This document shows positions 19,849 through 30,053 of a stretch of DNA of 64,000 bases, one piece after another. Origin of the DNA: Candidatus Bathyarchaeia archaeon. GTDB taxonomy: Archaea; Thermoproteota; Bathyarchaeia; 40CM-2-53-6. Each line of letters starts with the position of its first letter. The stretch's first letter is position 1. The position numbers were made by a program, and so were the translations under genes. The notes below the pieces were generated by a model. That model searched no databases, was not told the origin of the DNA, and saw only the letters and a list, made by a program, of their open reading frames with translations. The stretch lies in NCBI GenBank assembly GCA_049513715.1, contig JBEKVV010000001.1:576001-640000 (forward strand), written 5' to 3'.

Positions 19849-20958
19849 ATGCCCGAGCTTCTAAAGAAGAGCATCGAAATCGACGAGGATACAGGCGCTG
19901 TGGGTGGGCTGCTCACATATGCGAATGCCAAGATACCAGTACCAAACAAGTTTGCCACAACCACCGAACTGAACGCGACACGGCTCGTGGGCCTTAAGGA
20001 GGAATTCCCAACAGAGATAATCATTGCCGGCAAGCTGATTTACCCAGAGACGCTGAAGCGGATTCTCCGCGGAGAAGAATTCCTGAAAGAATTCGCCAGG
20101 CGGATAGCCCGTGAAACGTCGGTACACGAAGACGCACTTAGCATGCTCTTCCTCATCCTCAAAGGGGAAGCCGCGGTGACAGAGACAAATGATTTGCGCA
20201 CAGTCCTTGACCTTCAATACTTCGCCGACATGGACGTTATTACAGTCCAGCAAACACCCGGAGTATCGCCGGAAGAATTCGATAAGCAATACAGATTCGC
20301 GGAAAGGTGGCTGGACAACCGAGGCATAGACAAACCACTAATGCCAGTCCTGTCGCCTGCACCGACTCGCGACGATTTCGAAAAGACGCTTAGACCACTT
20401 CTGAAGAAGAAAGTGAATTTGCTAGGGTTCGATATGAGGGGGGGCTTCTATTACCAAGCACTGCGCTCACTTGAGGATGCCAAGAAGAAGAATCCTGAAT
20501 TGTGGGTTCATGCATTCCAAGTTCCTCCCAAGATTCGCTTCGGGAGAACCTTCCTACGTTGTTCCGAGGGCATGATGCTTCCGCTCTTCGGCGTCGATAG
20601 CTTCAACAGATGGGTCGTTCCACCACCCCCGGTTCCTCTTACCAAAGACAAGATCAACATGTTCGATTCCGCGAATTGGGGCGTGTTCAAACGCAAAGAA
20701 TGGACCCAAGAGTACGGAGCAAAATTGACGTGCACTTGCCCCATGTGCAACAAGCACAGGCTTCCCACCTTCTTCCTAGGCCAAGTGCTCACCGTTCTCG
20801 GAAGAAGCAAGGTCCATGACCATTACGCCCAACGCCAACAACTCCAAGAGTTATCGAGGCGAGTGAAGAGGGGGACGGTCAAAGAATTCGTTCACAAAAA
20901 GAGATACCCTAACGATTTCCTTGAGCAGGTAACAAAATCCGACAAGGAACCGGACTAG
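19849..20958 (+). CDS. Divergent tRNA-guanine transglycosylase (TGT)-like protein
   Basis: C-terminal CTCPMC..H zinc site, WVHAFQ and FGVDSF strands typical of the TGT barrel; no DSGG motif. Confidence 0.55.
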   Translation: MPELLKKSIEIDEDTGAVGGLLTYANAKIPVPNKFATTTELNATRLVGLKEEFPTEIIIAGKLIYPETLKRILRGEEFLKEFARRIARETSVHEDALSMLFLILKGEAAVTETNDLRTVLDLQYFADMDVITVQQTPGVSPEEFDKQYRFAERWLDNRGIDKPLMPVLSPAPTRDDFEKTLRPLLKKKVNLLGFDMRGGFYYQALRSLEDAKKKNPELWVHAFQVPPKIRFGRTFLRCSEGMMLPLFGVDSFNRWVVPPPPVPLTKDKINMFDSANWGVFKRKEWTQEYGAKLTCTCPMCNKHRLPTFFLGQVLTVLGRSKVHDHYAQRQQLQELSRRVKRGTVKEFVHKKRYPNDFLEQVTKSDKEPD

Positions 20959-21530
20959 AGTTTCGCTTCAGCCATCTTCGTCATCAAAGCTCGAAGGTCT
21001 ATCTCTGAACGCGTCCGCCAACCCAAGGAGGTTACCCCGGCGTCGTCCTCATCCAGATATCCTGTCCTTAGGAATATGTCAACCAAGGTTACGGCCTTCC
21101 AGCGCCCGAATTTTAGGGCCAGGAGCTTCTCCAGGTCCTCGCGAGGGGCCTTGCCTTGCTTTGAAACGAGGTAGGCTACGGAGGCACTCAATGCGGCTAG
21201 GTTGTCAATTCGCCAACCAATCATCTTAGCCTCCTTCAAACCTAAGGTGCCTTTCAAGGCCACACAGTACCGGGCCTCCTCAAGCGGGATGCTGCTTTCG
21301 GCGGCAATCTCTCCTGTTTGTGGTTCTGTGACCTTCTTCACTTTCAGGTCAAGCTCCGAAAGTAGTTGGTTCAACTGAGTGAGAACCTGCTGGTAGTTCT
21401 TGCCCACCTTCTCCTTCAACTCCCACTCCCTCGCACCCGGCATCTTGCCGTGCCGAAAGAGGAGAAGGTGAATCGCCCGCTTCAACTTGTCAGCGTAGAA
21501 GCTCTTCGTTTCCGTTTCAGTTTGAGTCAA
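20955..21530 (-). CDS. Kite-like (ScpB/Nse1/Nse3) tandem winged-helix protein
   Basis: Operon with SMC; LGWRTRSEI resembles the MAGE/Nse3 WGPRA..E end; 191 aa. Confidence 0.6.
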   Translation of the reverse strand: MTQTETETKSFYADKLKRAIHLLLFRHGKMPGAREWELKEKVGKNYQQVLTQLNQLLSELDLKVKKVTEPQTGEIAAESSIPLEEARYCVALKGTLGLKEAKMIGWRIDNLAALSASVAYLVSKQGKAPREDLEKLLALKFGRWKAVTLVDIFLRTGYLDEDDAGVTSLGWRTRSEIDLRALMTKMAEAKL

Positions 21531-22329
21531 TCACTTTAGCCTCTTTGGGAATCGGAATTGGGAAACTAACTCCTCCTTCTAGGGCCTTTTCTGAAGGATT
21601 GTCAAGGGGAGTTAGGGTCATCTTCTCGCCCTCGGGTTGTAGTTTGGCATATCCGTATGTTATCAGAAAGCTTGCGAAATACGCTCGTTCTACAGTCAAC
21701 TGGTACGAAGCTGCCTTGACGAAGGCCCAGTAATCCACAGCCTTCCCGTCAGCGGCGTAGCGCTGGCGAAGCTCGCCCCATAGCTCTACGAGGTGTTTTC
21801 CAAATTCCTTGTCCTCGATACCCAACCCCGTAAGCGTCCCAGAATCTGCCTTACCGGGATCCTTCCCACGCACGTAATCCCGCTGCTTCCATCGCTCCGA
21901 TATGGGCAAAAGCAGATTCCAGTAATTGATGGCGTCCCCGACAACACCCTCAGTCAACTGCTCTAATTCGGCAAGGGGATGCCAGCTCTGAAGGAAAACC
22001 TCTGCCAGTCGTTTTTCGCTCATCCGTTCGACTTTCTTCGCTATGAACTCCGGTTCAGCGTATAACACGCTGGACTGGAACTTGAGTTGGGTGTTCTGAA
22101 GGCGCACAACCTCGGAGAGCCTGTTGAGCGTATGAGCGTCCCGGCAATGGTCATCGAAACCCTCCCAGTACGGAAAATATTGTCGTAGCGTCTCAACGCC
22201 AAGATTCACATCAAGGAAGAACGGGTTGAACTTCCGCTCGGATATGGCATCACATGTCTCAATCAGTTCCTGAAGCTCCTTTCTACCCGAAGCGAGCACT
22301 GAACGCTTGCTCTTCGCTCTTGTGGCCAA
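21517..22329 (-). CDS. Kleisin-like (ScpA/Nse4) protein
   Basis: Between SMC and kite genes; NPFFLDV N-terminal motif, C-terminal winged-helix-like TVERAYFASFLITYG. Confidence 0.55.
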   Translation of the reverse strand: MATRAKSKRSVLASGRKELQELIETCDAISERKFNPFFLDVNLGVETLRQYFPYWEGFDDHCRDAHTLNRLSEVVRLQNTQLKFQSSVLYAEPEFIAKKVERMSEKRLAEVFLQSWHPLAELEQLTEGVVGDAINYWNLLLPISERWKQRDYVRGKDPGKADSGTLTGLGIEDKEFGKHLVELWGELRQRYAADGKAVDYWAFVKAASYQLTVERAYFASFLITYGYAKLQPEGEKMTLTPLDNPSEKALEGGVSFPIPIPKEAKVIDSN

Positions 22330-22330
22330 C

Positions 22331-24256
22331 CTACTTCAACTCGCTCACAACAGAAGACCCCTGAACGTTTTGTACAACAATCACGTGGCTATTTTCGGTT
22401 ACGCTGATTTGTCCCGGAGTTATCGCGAGATACTGGCCCTCTGTCATAGTGCCCGCACTCGACGTGATTAGCTGTGTAACAAGTTCTCGGTTCTTCGGGT
22501 CCATGTGGACGTCAAATTCATCTATGGCTCGGAAGGGGGAGGTGATGTGCTGCTGCAAAGCTAGGAGGAAAGCCATCATCGCTATGCTCCGCTCCCCGCC
22601 GCTTTGGGTAAATGCGTCTAGTGGGGTTGGTTTGTTTCCTTTGAAGCCCACCAGAATCTCCAAGCCACACTTTTCGATGTCTCTTGACGACATCAAGCGA
22701 ATTGAACCGGTTGCGCTGACGCTCAGCAGCATTTCGGTATAACGTCCTGTCAACTGTTCAAGGAATCCTGTAAGGACGTCTCGCCATCGGCCGAGGCGCT
22801 TGTCCAACTCGGTAAGAACTTCTTGGCGGCTGTGGGCCACCTGGTCGGCCTTTTGGCGGAGCTCCTCGTAGACCTTTGCGTATGACGAGTACATGCGTTC
22901 GACGTCCTCGGAGATGGAGGCAAGGGGTTTCATTTGCTCCTCCACTCCGCCCAGTTCAAGCATGACCTCTAGGATTTTTCTCGGCGAATCAACCGGCGCG
23001 CCCTCCTTCTCCGCTGAGGCGATCATCGGGTCGAGTTCTTCCTTGGCTAGGCGGACTTGGGCTTGAAGGTCACCCACCTCTTCCGTGAGGAGTTTCCGCT
23101 TGAAACCCGAAACCTCGTACTCCACGTTCGTGTCGATTAAGCGGGAGAGGGCATCCTCTAGCCGTCCGCTAGTGTCGACAATACTCTCAGTGAGGTTTGA
23201 TAGTTTCTCCTTGGATCTTTCCAGTTTGGTTTGGGAGAGCTCCACAGTCTCCTTCCAAGAAGTCCTCAGCTTGCCTAGGGTTTCAAGCGCAGGGTTCTCG
23301 TTGACGCCTTGCTGCGGTTCGGTGAAGATCTTCAGATCATGAAGCAGATTCGTTGCCCATTCGAGGTTTAGTTGGTGCGTCGTCAGTTCCCTGGCGAGTT
23401 CCACGCGTTTGTCCTCAAGCGCAACGCGGCCTAGGTTCAGTTCATCGAACTTTGCTTGACGCTTCTTCTTGGACTCTGCCAGTTCCTGAATCTTGTTTTC
23501 AATGGATTGAAGGGATTTAGTCCTTGACTCGATCCGCGTCTCAATGCGACCTAAAGCCTCCTTCCGCTTCTGAATCCTGCTCCAGAGCAGCTCTCGTTTC
23601 AGTGCCTCGAGCTTCGTTTCCAGTTGTCGTTTCTGTAGGAATCGTTCGTATTCACGCTTCCAGTAGTCGTGGGTTTCTTTTGTGGATTCGAGCACTTGGG
23701 CGAGGGTATGCTCTTCGCTTACGACACTGTCTAAGCGCAACCTAGCGTCAAGCACGTCTTCTCTGTATGATTGAAAACCCACTGCCTCTTCTAACATATT
23801 CAACTTGTCCTGTGGGGTTACTGCGGCGAAGCGCCCCACCATGAACTGGTGCATTATGACGAGTATGTTGTCCGGGTTGAGACCCATGGTTTCGAATACG
23901 TCAGTGACGGCCGACTTCGCTGCCGCTTTGTTTTGTAGCATGTAATAGTACGTGCCATTTTGCTTCAGGACTCTTGTAATCGTGACTAGGTCTGTGTGGT
24001 AGTGGGGGAAGGGACGCTTCGTGCCCGAGTTGTCGAGAACTAGTGTGATTCTGGCTTCGTCGTTTCCCCACTTTATGAGGTCGCTGAGCTTCTTCGACCT
24101 TTCCGTGTAGGCCTGCCCCAAGACCACAGATATTGCTAGGAGAATCGACGATTTCCCCGCACCGTTCGGCCCGCAAATGATGTTCAGCCCGGGCTCTAAG
24201 GGAACGTAGGCGTTTTCGTACGACATGAAATTTGTTAGGACTACTCCCTTGATCAT
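22331..24256 (-). CDS. Short SMC-family ATPase, SMC5/6- or coalescin-like
   Basis: NFMSY, GPNGAGKS, coiled coil, QSGGERS, PFRAIDEFDVHMD; only 641 aa. Confidence 0.88.
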   Translation of the reverse strand: MIKGVVLTNFMSYENAYVPLEPGLNIICGPNGAGKSSILLAISVVLGQAYTERSKKLSDLIKWGNDEARITLVLDNSGTKRPFPHYHTDLVTITRVLKQNGTYYYMLQNKAAAKSAVTDVFETMGLNPDNILVIMHQFMVGRFAAVTPQDKLNMLEEAVGFQSYREDVLDARLRLDSVVSEEHTLAQVLESTKETHDYWKREYERFLQKRQLETKLEALKRELLWSRIQKRKEALGRIETRIESRTKSLQSIENKIQELAESKKKRQAKFDELNLGRVALEDKRVELARELTTHQLNLEWATNLLHDLKIFTEPQQGVNENPALETLGKLRTSWKETVELSQTKLERSKEKLSNLTESIVDTSGRLEDALSRLIDTNVEYEVSGFKRKLLTEEVGDLQAQVRLAKEELDPMIASAEKEGAPVDSPRKILEVMLELGGVEEQMKPLASISEDVERMYSSYAKVYEELRQKADQVAHSRQEVLTELDKRLGRWRDVLTGFLEQLTGRYTEMLLSVSATGSIRLMSSRDIEKCGLEILVGFKGNKPTPLDAFTQSGGERSIAMMAFLLALQQHITSPFRAIDEFDVHMDPKNRELVTQLITSSAGTMTEGQYLAITPGQISVTENSHVIVVQNVQGSSVVSELK

Positions 24257-24480
24257 CTGGCCCGAGCTACCGTATGAAAACTAGGGTTGATTCTGGCCGC
24301 GTAAAAAACGTTCAGGGCTCTCCAGTCTCGTTTCCATCGGTTCTCTACTGGGCGGAAAACTGTGCTTCTTTCTGGCGAACGAAAGGTCCCCCATTTTTAC
24401 GGTGAGTTGGACCGATTCTTGTCAACATGTTCGCGCGGAGAATCGCGTCACTCGTTCAAGTGTAAACGCGTAGATGTAAG

Positions 24481-24488
24481 TTTATATA
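24481..24488 (+). promoter_or_regulatory. TATA box upstream of gar1-tfb
   Basis: TTTATATA, followed by a GGGAGTGA SD-like site before TTG 24535. Confidence 0.6.
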
Positions 24489-24534
24489 CGGTCCTGACTT
24501 TTCGATGACTCACGGCGGGAGTGACGTAGCAAGT

Positions 24535-24765
24535 TTGCTTAGGCTCGGCAAGATTCTGCATTTTTCAAGCAGCCGCAGCCTCATAGTCAAATGCGAAGAA
24601 ACAAGATTCGTAAGATTGGGCACAAAAGTCTGTGATTCCAAACTCAAAGAGATTGGAAAAGTTCAGGACTTCTTTGGACCAATTGCTGCACCCTACTTGT
24701 CAATCCGACCGACAAGCACCTCGCCTACCCGATACGTCGGCCGAATCGCCTACTCATTAAATTAG
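24535..24765 (+). CDS. gar1: H/ACA RNP subunit Gar1
   Basis: LGKILH, IGKVQDFFGPIAAPY; conserved position upstream of tfb. Confidence 0.85.
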   Translation: MLRLGKILHFSSSRSLIVKCEETRFVRLGTKVCDSKLKEIGKVQDFFGPIAAPYLSIRPTSTSPTRYVGRIAYSLN

Positions 24766-24784
24766 ATTAAGTAGAAGTGAGAGA

Positions 24785-25741
24785 GTGTCTGAGGAAACAG
24801 ATAGTGAATTAGGGGAAACCCTACAATCGCCACGTAGGGTCCGCGTCTGCCCTGAGTGCGGTGGGCCAAAGCTGATGCGGGATTACGAGGCGGCCGAAAT
24901 TGTATGCATGGCATGCGGATTCGTCATTGCGGATAAGATTGCTGACACGAGGCCTGAGTGGCGCGCTTTCGACGACGACCAAAAGGCCAAGCGTTCCCGC
25001 GTTGGCGCACCGTTAACCTACACGATTCACGACAAAGGCCTCTCCACCATTATTGATTGGCGTGACCGACGTGTCCTCGGAAAGAACGCAACTGCAACCC
25101 AACGCCTGGATCTCTACAAACTCCGCAAGTGGCAAAGCAGAGTAAGAGTATCTGACGCTACCGAAAGAAACCTAGCAGTTGCACTCGCCGAACTAAGCAA
25201 ACTCTCATCAGCGCTGAACCTTCCCAAAAATATTCTTGAAACAGCCTCAGTCATCTACAGGCGCGCAATCAAGAAACGGCTGATTCGTGGGAGATCTATT
25301 CACAATGTTACCGCAGCGGCCATCTACATGAGTTGCAGGCAATGCGGCGTACCACGAACACTGGACGAGATAGCGTCCTCATCCAGCCTGAACAAGAAGG
25401 ATATTGGAAGAAGCTACAGGTTCATGGTACGAGAACTTGAAGCCTTTGTACCGCCGTCCACAAGCAGGAACTATGCAGCTCGATTCAGCAATAAACTAAT
25501 GATCTCTGGAAAGGCTGAAGCTATTGCAATCAAAATTCTGGAAATTGCTAAAGACATGAAATTGACGAGCGGGAGGGGGCCCACCGGAATTGCAGCCGCG
25601 GCGACCTATATCGCCACGGTCCTCACAAACGAAAGAAAAACGCAACGCGAAATCGCAGAGATTGCCAACGTTACTGAAGTGACCATTCGAAACAGGTACA
25701 AGGAATTACTCGAGCGCCTCTACATCGAAGTCCCCCTTTAG
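24785..25741 (+). CDS. tfb: Transcription initiation factor IIB
   Basis: CPECG..CMACG zinc ribbon, PEWRAF, HDKGLST, GRGPTG, VTEVTIRNRYKEL. Confidence 0.97.
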   Translation: MSEETDSELGETLQSPRRVRVCPECGGPKLMRDYEAAEIVCMACGFVIADKIADTRPEWRAFDDDQKAKRSRVGAPLTYTIHDKGLSTIIDWRDRRVLGKNATATQRLDLYKLRKWQSRVRVSDATERNLAVALAELSKLSSALNLPKNILETASVIYRRAIKKRLIRGRSIHNVTAAAIYMSCRQCGVPRTLDEIASSSSLNKKDIGRSYRFMVRELEAFVPPSTSRNYAARFSNKLMISGKAEAIAIKILEIAKDMKLTSGRGPTGIAAAATYIATVLTNERKTQREIAEIANVTEVTIRNRYKELLERLYIEVPL

Positions 25742-25772
25742 CGTGCAATCTAGGCCCAAAAGTGTGGTTGGG

Positions 25773-28700
25773 TCAGGCTTTTTTCGCTGTTTTGTTCGTC
25801 GGCAGCTTTTTTGCGGCCGGTCTGGGGACTTCGCGTAGGCCGAATTCGTATGTTCCGCCGTCTATTTGCCAAGTCTTAATGTAGTAGGGCTCCTTAAGCT
25901 CTGTTTTCTCTGTGGCGACTACGAAGCGCTTCGCTCGTACTTCGTGGGATAAGTAGCTGCGTTTGCTCTGAAGCATGCTCGCCTTTTCGGCTGTGGGTGC
26001 GATGATGTAGCCGTGAACGTAAGAATCGACCTGCAGGTCCATCTCCTTTCGCATCTGTTGCATGCGTCGTACAGCGTCGCGGGTTAAGCCTTCAGCTAAT
26101 TCGCTTCTTGTCAGTTTAAGGTCCAAGTAGACCGTTCCGTCTGTGAACTCCGCCTTCGCGAAACGTTCGGCTTCTGGGCCGGACTCGAATTTTGCGGATT
26201 TCTGCTTAGGCACGCCTGACAGTCTGCGGGTGTTGGCTTGTTCGAGCAGAAGTGCGGAGTACGTTCGGAGGGCGTTTCTAATAGGTTTGGCATCTGAGGC
26301 CACGGTTATGCGGGGCACTGGTTGCCGCTGCTTCAAGGCTTTGCCGATGCGGGCGACCGCTATCGTCGAGAGGACGATCTGAGCTGCTTTCATTTCTTCC
26401 TCGAGCGAATCGTTCAGGAATTTCTTGTCATAGCTCGGCCAGTCTAGAAGATGGACGCTTGGAGGATGTTTCGGCTCTGCGTTCTTGAACATGTCTTGGT
26501 AGAGTGACTCTGAAAGGAATGGGGCGATTGGGCTTAGCATAGTGAGAGCGTTCTTGAGTGCGGTGTAGAGTATCGCATATGCGGCTAGCTTGTCCCGATT
26601 CTGTTTCTCAACCCATGTTCTTCGCCTGATGAATCGAACGTATGTGTGGCTGAGGTCCTCGACGAGAAAAGCTTTGAGCGCCCGCACAGCCTCATAGACC
26701 TTGTACTGCTCCATCGCCTCTGTAGCATACTTGATCGTTCGATGCATCCTGCTGAGCAACCAACGGTCTTCGGGTCGAAGTGACTTCGTCAACTTTGCGA
26801 TCGGCCACTTTGTGGGTGAGAATTTGTCGAGGCTCATGTATGTGCTAGCGAAGACGAACGTGTTCCAGAATGTGCCAAGGTCGCCGCTGTACTGCTTCAC
26901 AGCATCCCAAGAGAACCTAAGGTCTTCCCAGATTGTGTTTTGGAGTACGTAGTATCGGAATGCGTCGCGGCCGAATTTCTGAACCACTTCTTGAGATGTG
27001 ACAAAGTTCCCTAGCGACTTGTGCATCTCACGTCCCTTGTCGTCCAAGACAAAGCCGTGCATGAGAACGGTGTCAAACGGCCGGAGGTCCATCGCCACCA
27101 TCCCGGCTTTGAGTAGTGAGAAGAACCATCCAGAGATCTGATCGCGGCCCTCCACTATGAAATCTGCAGGCCACCACAGCTTCGTCACCTCGGGGTACTT
27201 GGGGTGGCTTAGACATGCGTAAGAGGCTGCGCCAGAGTCGTACCACCCCACCATGACGTCCGGTATCCGAGCCATTTCACCGCCACATTTGCACCGAATC
27301 CTAACTTTATCCACCCAAGGTCTGTGCAGGTTTGGAAGGTCCACCTTCGCCAGGGACCTCTCAAGAAGTTCCTGCTTCGAGCCAATGACTTCATGCTGCC
27401 CGCAGGAGCCGCAAACCCAGACGGGCAGGGGTGTCCCCCAGAACCTTTGCCTCGAGACTACCCAGTCTTTCAGGTTTTGAAGCCAGTTCTTGAATTGGCT
27501 AGCGCCGGCCCAGATTGGTATCCACTGTGTGGCATCAACGTCTTTGATGAACTGGTCTTTGAGATGTGCGACTCGCACAAGCCACTGTTCAGTAGCACGA
27601 ATGATTAGGGGCGTTTTGCAACGCCAACAGACGGGGCTCCTGTGCTCTATCTCGGTCTCAAAGAGGAGCATCCCGGCCGATTTCAAATCCTCAATAACTT
27701 CGGGGTTGGCGTCACGCACGAACTTCCCTGCATACTTGCCAGTATCAGAAACCAACCGTCCCTGGTCGTCCACGAGCATGAGCACTGGAAGATTGCTACG
27801 TATACCCACCTCGTAGTCTTCCTCGCCGTGGCCAGGCGCCGAGTGCACGCAACCAGTCCCATCTTCCATGCTCACGTATTCCTTACTGAGAACAACGCGG
27901 TGGCCGCCTTTGAGTTTCGCCTGCGCAGGCACTAGGCCTTCCAGTGGCGAGCGGTAAGTGAGCCCTTCGAGCTTGGTTCCTGGAAAGCTTTCTAGAAGCT
28001 CGAAGTGTGTCCCCGTCTCCTTCTGGACGCTCTCCATTCTTGCCTTTGCGATAATGTACACTTCGTCATCTGACCTTACCCTAGCGTAGTCGAAATCCGG
28101 GTTAACCATAACTGCTACGTTCGAGGGTAATGTCCATGGGGTCGTGGTCCAGATGAGAACGAATTCATTCTGTTTCCCCTCAACTGGAAATTTCACATAG
28201 ATGGATGGGTCGCGGAGCATCTTGTACTCCAAAACAACCTCGTAATCTGAGAGCACTGTTTCGCACCTTGGGCACCAGTGAACCACGCGTTGTCCATGCT
28301 CGAACAGTCCCTTGGTCCAAGCTTGCTTCAGGCTCCACCAGTCACTTTCGATGTAATCATCATGATGCGTCATGTAGGGCTTAGCCCAGTCCATCCACAC
28401 CCCAAGGTCTTGGAAGACCTGAGTCATTGATTCGGAATTCATTTCAGCGAAACGCTTGCACTCAGAAACAAACTTCTCCAGGCCGAAGCCCTCAATGTCC
28501 TTTTTCGTTTTGAAGTCGAACTTTTGTTCTACTGCCAGTTCGATTGGGAGCCCGTGGCAGTCGTAGCCTGGTTGATCTCTAACGTGGTAGCCGCGTGATC
28601 GTTTGTATCGGATTATCGTGTCCTTGAGAACCTTGTTCCAACATGTCCCTATGTGAGGAGTATCAGAGCTTGGGAACGGTGGCCCGTCGAGGAAATAAAA

Positions 28701-28829
28701 CTTCTGACCGTGCGACCTTGCCTCCTTGACCAGCTCATAAGTTCCGTTTTCCTTCCAGAGGTTCCTCACTTGTTCCTCGGTTGCTTTCGGGTTGTATTGC
28801 TTCGGAAGTGCGCCTACCTGTCTACTCAC
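25773..28829 (-). CDS. ileS: Isoleucyl-tRNA synthetase
   Basis: DGPPF, HIGT, GYDCHGLPIE, WTTTPWTLP, SRQRFWGTP, EMHKS. Confidence 0.97.
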   Translation of the reverse strand: MSRQVGALPKQYNPKATEEQVRNLWKENGTYELVKEARSHGQKFYFLDGPPFPSSDTPHIGTCWNKVLKDTIIRYKRSRGYHVRDQPGYDCHGLPIELAVEQKFDFKTKKDIEGFGLEKFVSECKRFAEMNSESMTQVFQDLGVWMDWAKPYMTHHDDYIESDWWSLKQAWTKGLFEHGQRVVHWCPRCETVLSDYEVVLEYKMLRDPSIYVKFPVEGKQNEFVLIWTTTPWTLPSNVAVMVNPDFDYARVRSDDEVYIIAKARMESVQKETGTHFELLESFPGTKLEGLTYRSPLEGLVPAQAKLKGGHRVVLSKEYVSMEDGTGCVHSAPGHGEEDYEVGIRSNLPVLMLVDDQGRLVSDTGKYAGKFVRDANPEVIEDLKSAGMLLFETEIEHRSPVCWRCKTPLIIRATEQWLVRVAHLKDQFIKDVDATQWIPIWAGASQFKNWLQNLKDWVVSRQRFWGTPLPVWVCGSCGQHEVIGSKQELLERSLAKVDLPNLHRPWVDKVRIRCKCGGEMARIPDVMVGWYDSGAASYACLSHPKYPEVTKLWWPADFIVEGRDQISGWFFSLLKAGMVAMDLRPFDTVLMHGFVLDDKGREMHKSLGNFVTSQEVVQKFGRDAFRYYVLQNTIWEDLRFSWDAVKQYSGDLGTFWNTFVFASTYMSLDKFSPTKWPIAKLTKSLRPEDRWLLSRMHRTIKYATEAMEQYKVYEAVRALKAFLVEDLSHTYVRFIRRRTWVEKQNRDKLAAYAILYTALKNALTMLSPIAPFLSESLYQDMFKNAEPKHPPSVHLLDWPSYDKKFLNDSLEEEMKAAQIVLSTIAVARIGKALKQRQPVPRITVASDAKPIRNALRTYSALLLEQANTRRLSGVPKQKSAKFESGPEAERFAKAEFTDGTVYLDLKLTRSELAEGLTRDAVRRMQQMRKEMDLQVDSYVHGYIIAPTAEKASMLQSKRSYLSHEVRAKRFVVATEKTELKEPYYIKTWQIDGGTYEFGLREVPRPAAKKLPTNKTAKKA

Positions 28830-29036
28830 TGTTGTTGCCTCCCAAGAATCTCAGACTCACAGAATACTCGCGTGCGTAACGGTGCAAAAGCCTCATGATA
28901 AGTAGTGCAATTAACCGAGTAAGCTTGCGATTTCTCGGTCACCTTTCAACCGTGACACCATTCACAACGGCTCTGAAGGCATTTCTGTATTTTAGTTTAA
29001 CTAACCCTTACGAGATACTGGCCGCATCCACTTGCC

Positions 29037-30053
29037 TTGAATCAGGTCGAGAGTTCAGTGTTCTGCTTAGGAATTGAGTCAACCGCGCACACTTTTGGGG
29101 CGAGCGTTGTGTCCGATAAAGGCACGATTCTCGGCGATGAACGAGATGTTTACGCTTCAGCTCCCGGAACGGGGATTCATCCTCGTGAGGCTGCTGAGCA
29201 TCACAGTGAGGTTGCGCCGCGGGTCATCGCTAGCACGATAAGCAAAGCCGGAATCGTAGCTTCGGACCTCAGCGGAGTTGCCATAGCGTTGGGCCCTGGC
29301 TTGGGTCCTTGCCTGAGGGTGGGCGCGACCGTTGCCAGAGCAATCTCTTCCTACTATCGGATTCCTTTGATTCCCGTAAATCACGCGATCGGCCACATTG
29401 AGATTGGGTTGTTGACAACCGGTGCCGAGGACCCCTTGGTCGTTCTGGTGTCGGGCGGGCACACAGCAATCGCTGCGTTCTCAGGAGGGAGATGGCGTAT
29501 CTTCGGCGAGACCGAGGACATTACGATTGGGAACCTGTACGACATGTTCGCCAGAGAAATCGGCCTACCCTCACCCGCGGGTCCGGAGATTGAGAAATTG
29601 ACGAAGACTGCTACGAGATTTATTCCGGTCCCATACGTTGTCAAAGGCAACGACGTGTCCTACTCCGGTTTGCTCACCGCCTCCCTTGCACGGCTTCGAG
29701 GAGGGGCGAAACTCGAAGACGTATGCTACTCTATGCAGGAAGTCTCCTGCTCCATGCTCGCCGAAGCGGTGGAGCGAAGTCTTGCATACACAGGAAAGAA
29801 GGAGCTCCTCCTAACAGGAGGAGTGGCGGCCAACAAGACCTTGCAGAAGAAGCTGGAAGAAGTGGCCAAGCTGCACGACGCCCGTTTCTACGTTGTCGAG
29901 GCGCCGTATACAGGAGATAACGGTGCGCAAATCGCTTGGACGGGAATGTTGGCCCTTCGTGCTGGTGTGATAACAACAGTGGAAATGTCGCGCGTCAGGC
30001 CGAAGTGGAGGTTGGAAGACGTTGATATCCCTTGGAGAAACGGTTCACCCTAA
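29037..30053 (+). CDS. kae1: KEOPS t6A synthase Kae1
   Basis: GIESTAHT, GIHPREAAEHH, NHAIGHIE, VSGGHT, DNGAQIA. Confidence 0.96.
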   Translation: MNQVESSVFCLGIESTAHTFGASVVSDKGTILGDERDVYASAPGTGIHPREAAEHHSEVAPRVIASTISKAGIVASDLSGVAIALGPGLGPCLRVGATVARAISSYYRIPLIPVNHAIGHIEIGLLTTGAEDPLVVLVSGGHTAIAAFSGGRWRIFGETEDITIGNLYDMFAREIGLPSPAGPEIEKLTKTATRFIPVPYVVKGNDVSYSGLLTASLARLRGGAKLEDVCYSMQEVSCSMLAEAVERSLAYTGKKELLLTGGVAANKTLQKKLEEVAKLHDARFYVVEAPYTGDNGAQIAWTGMLALRAGVITTVEMSRVRPKWRLEDVDIPWRNGSP

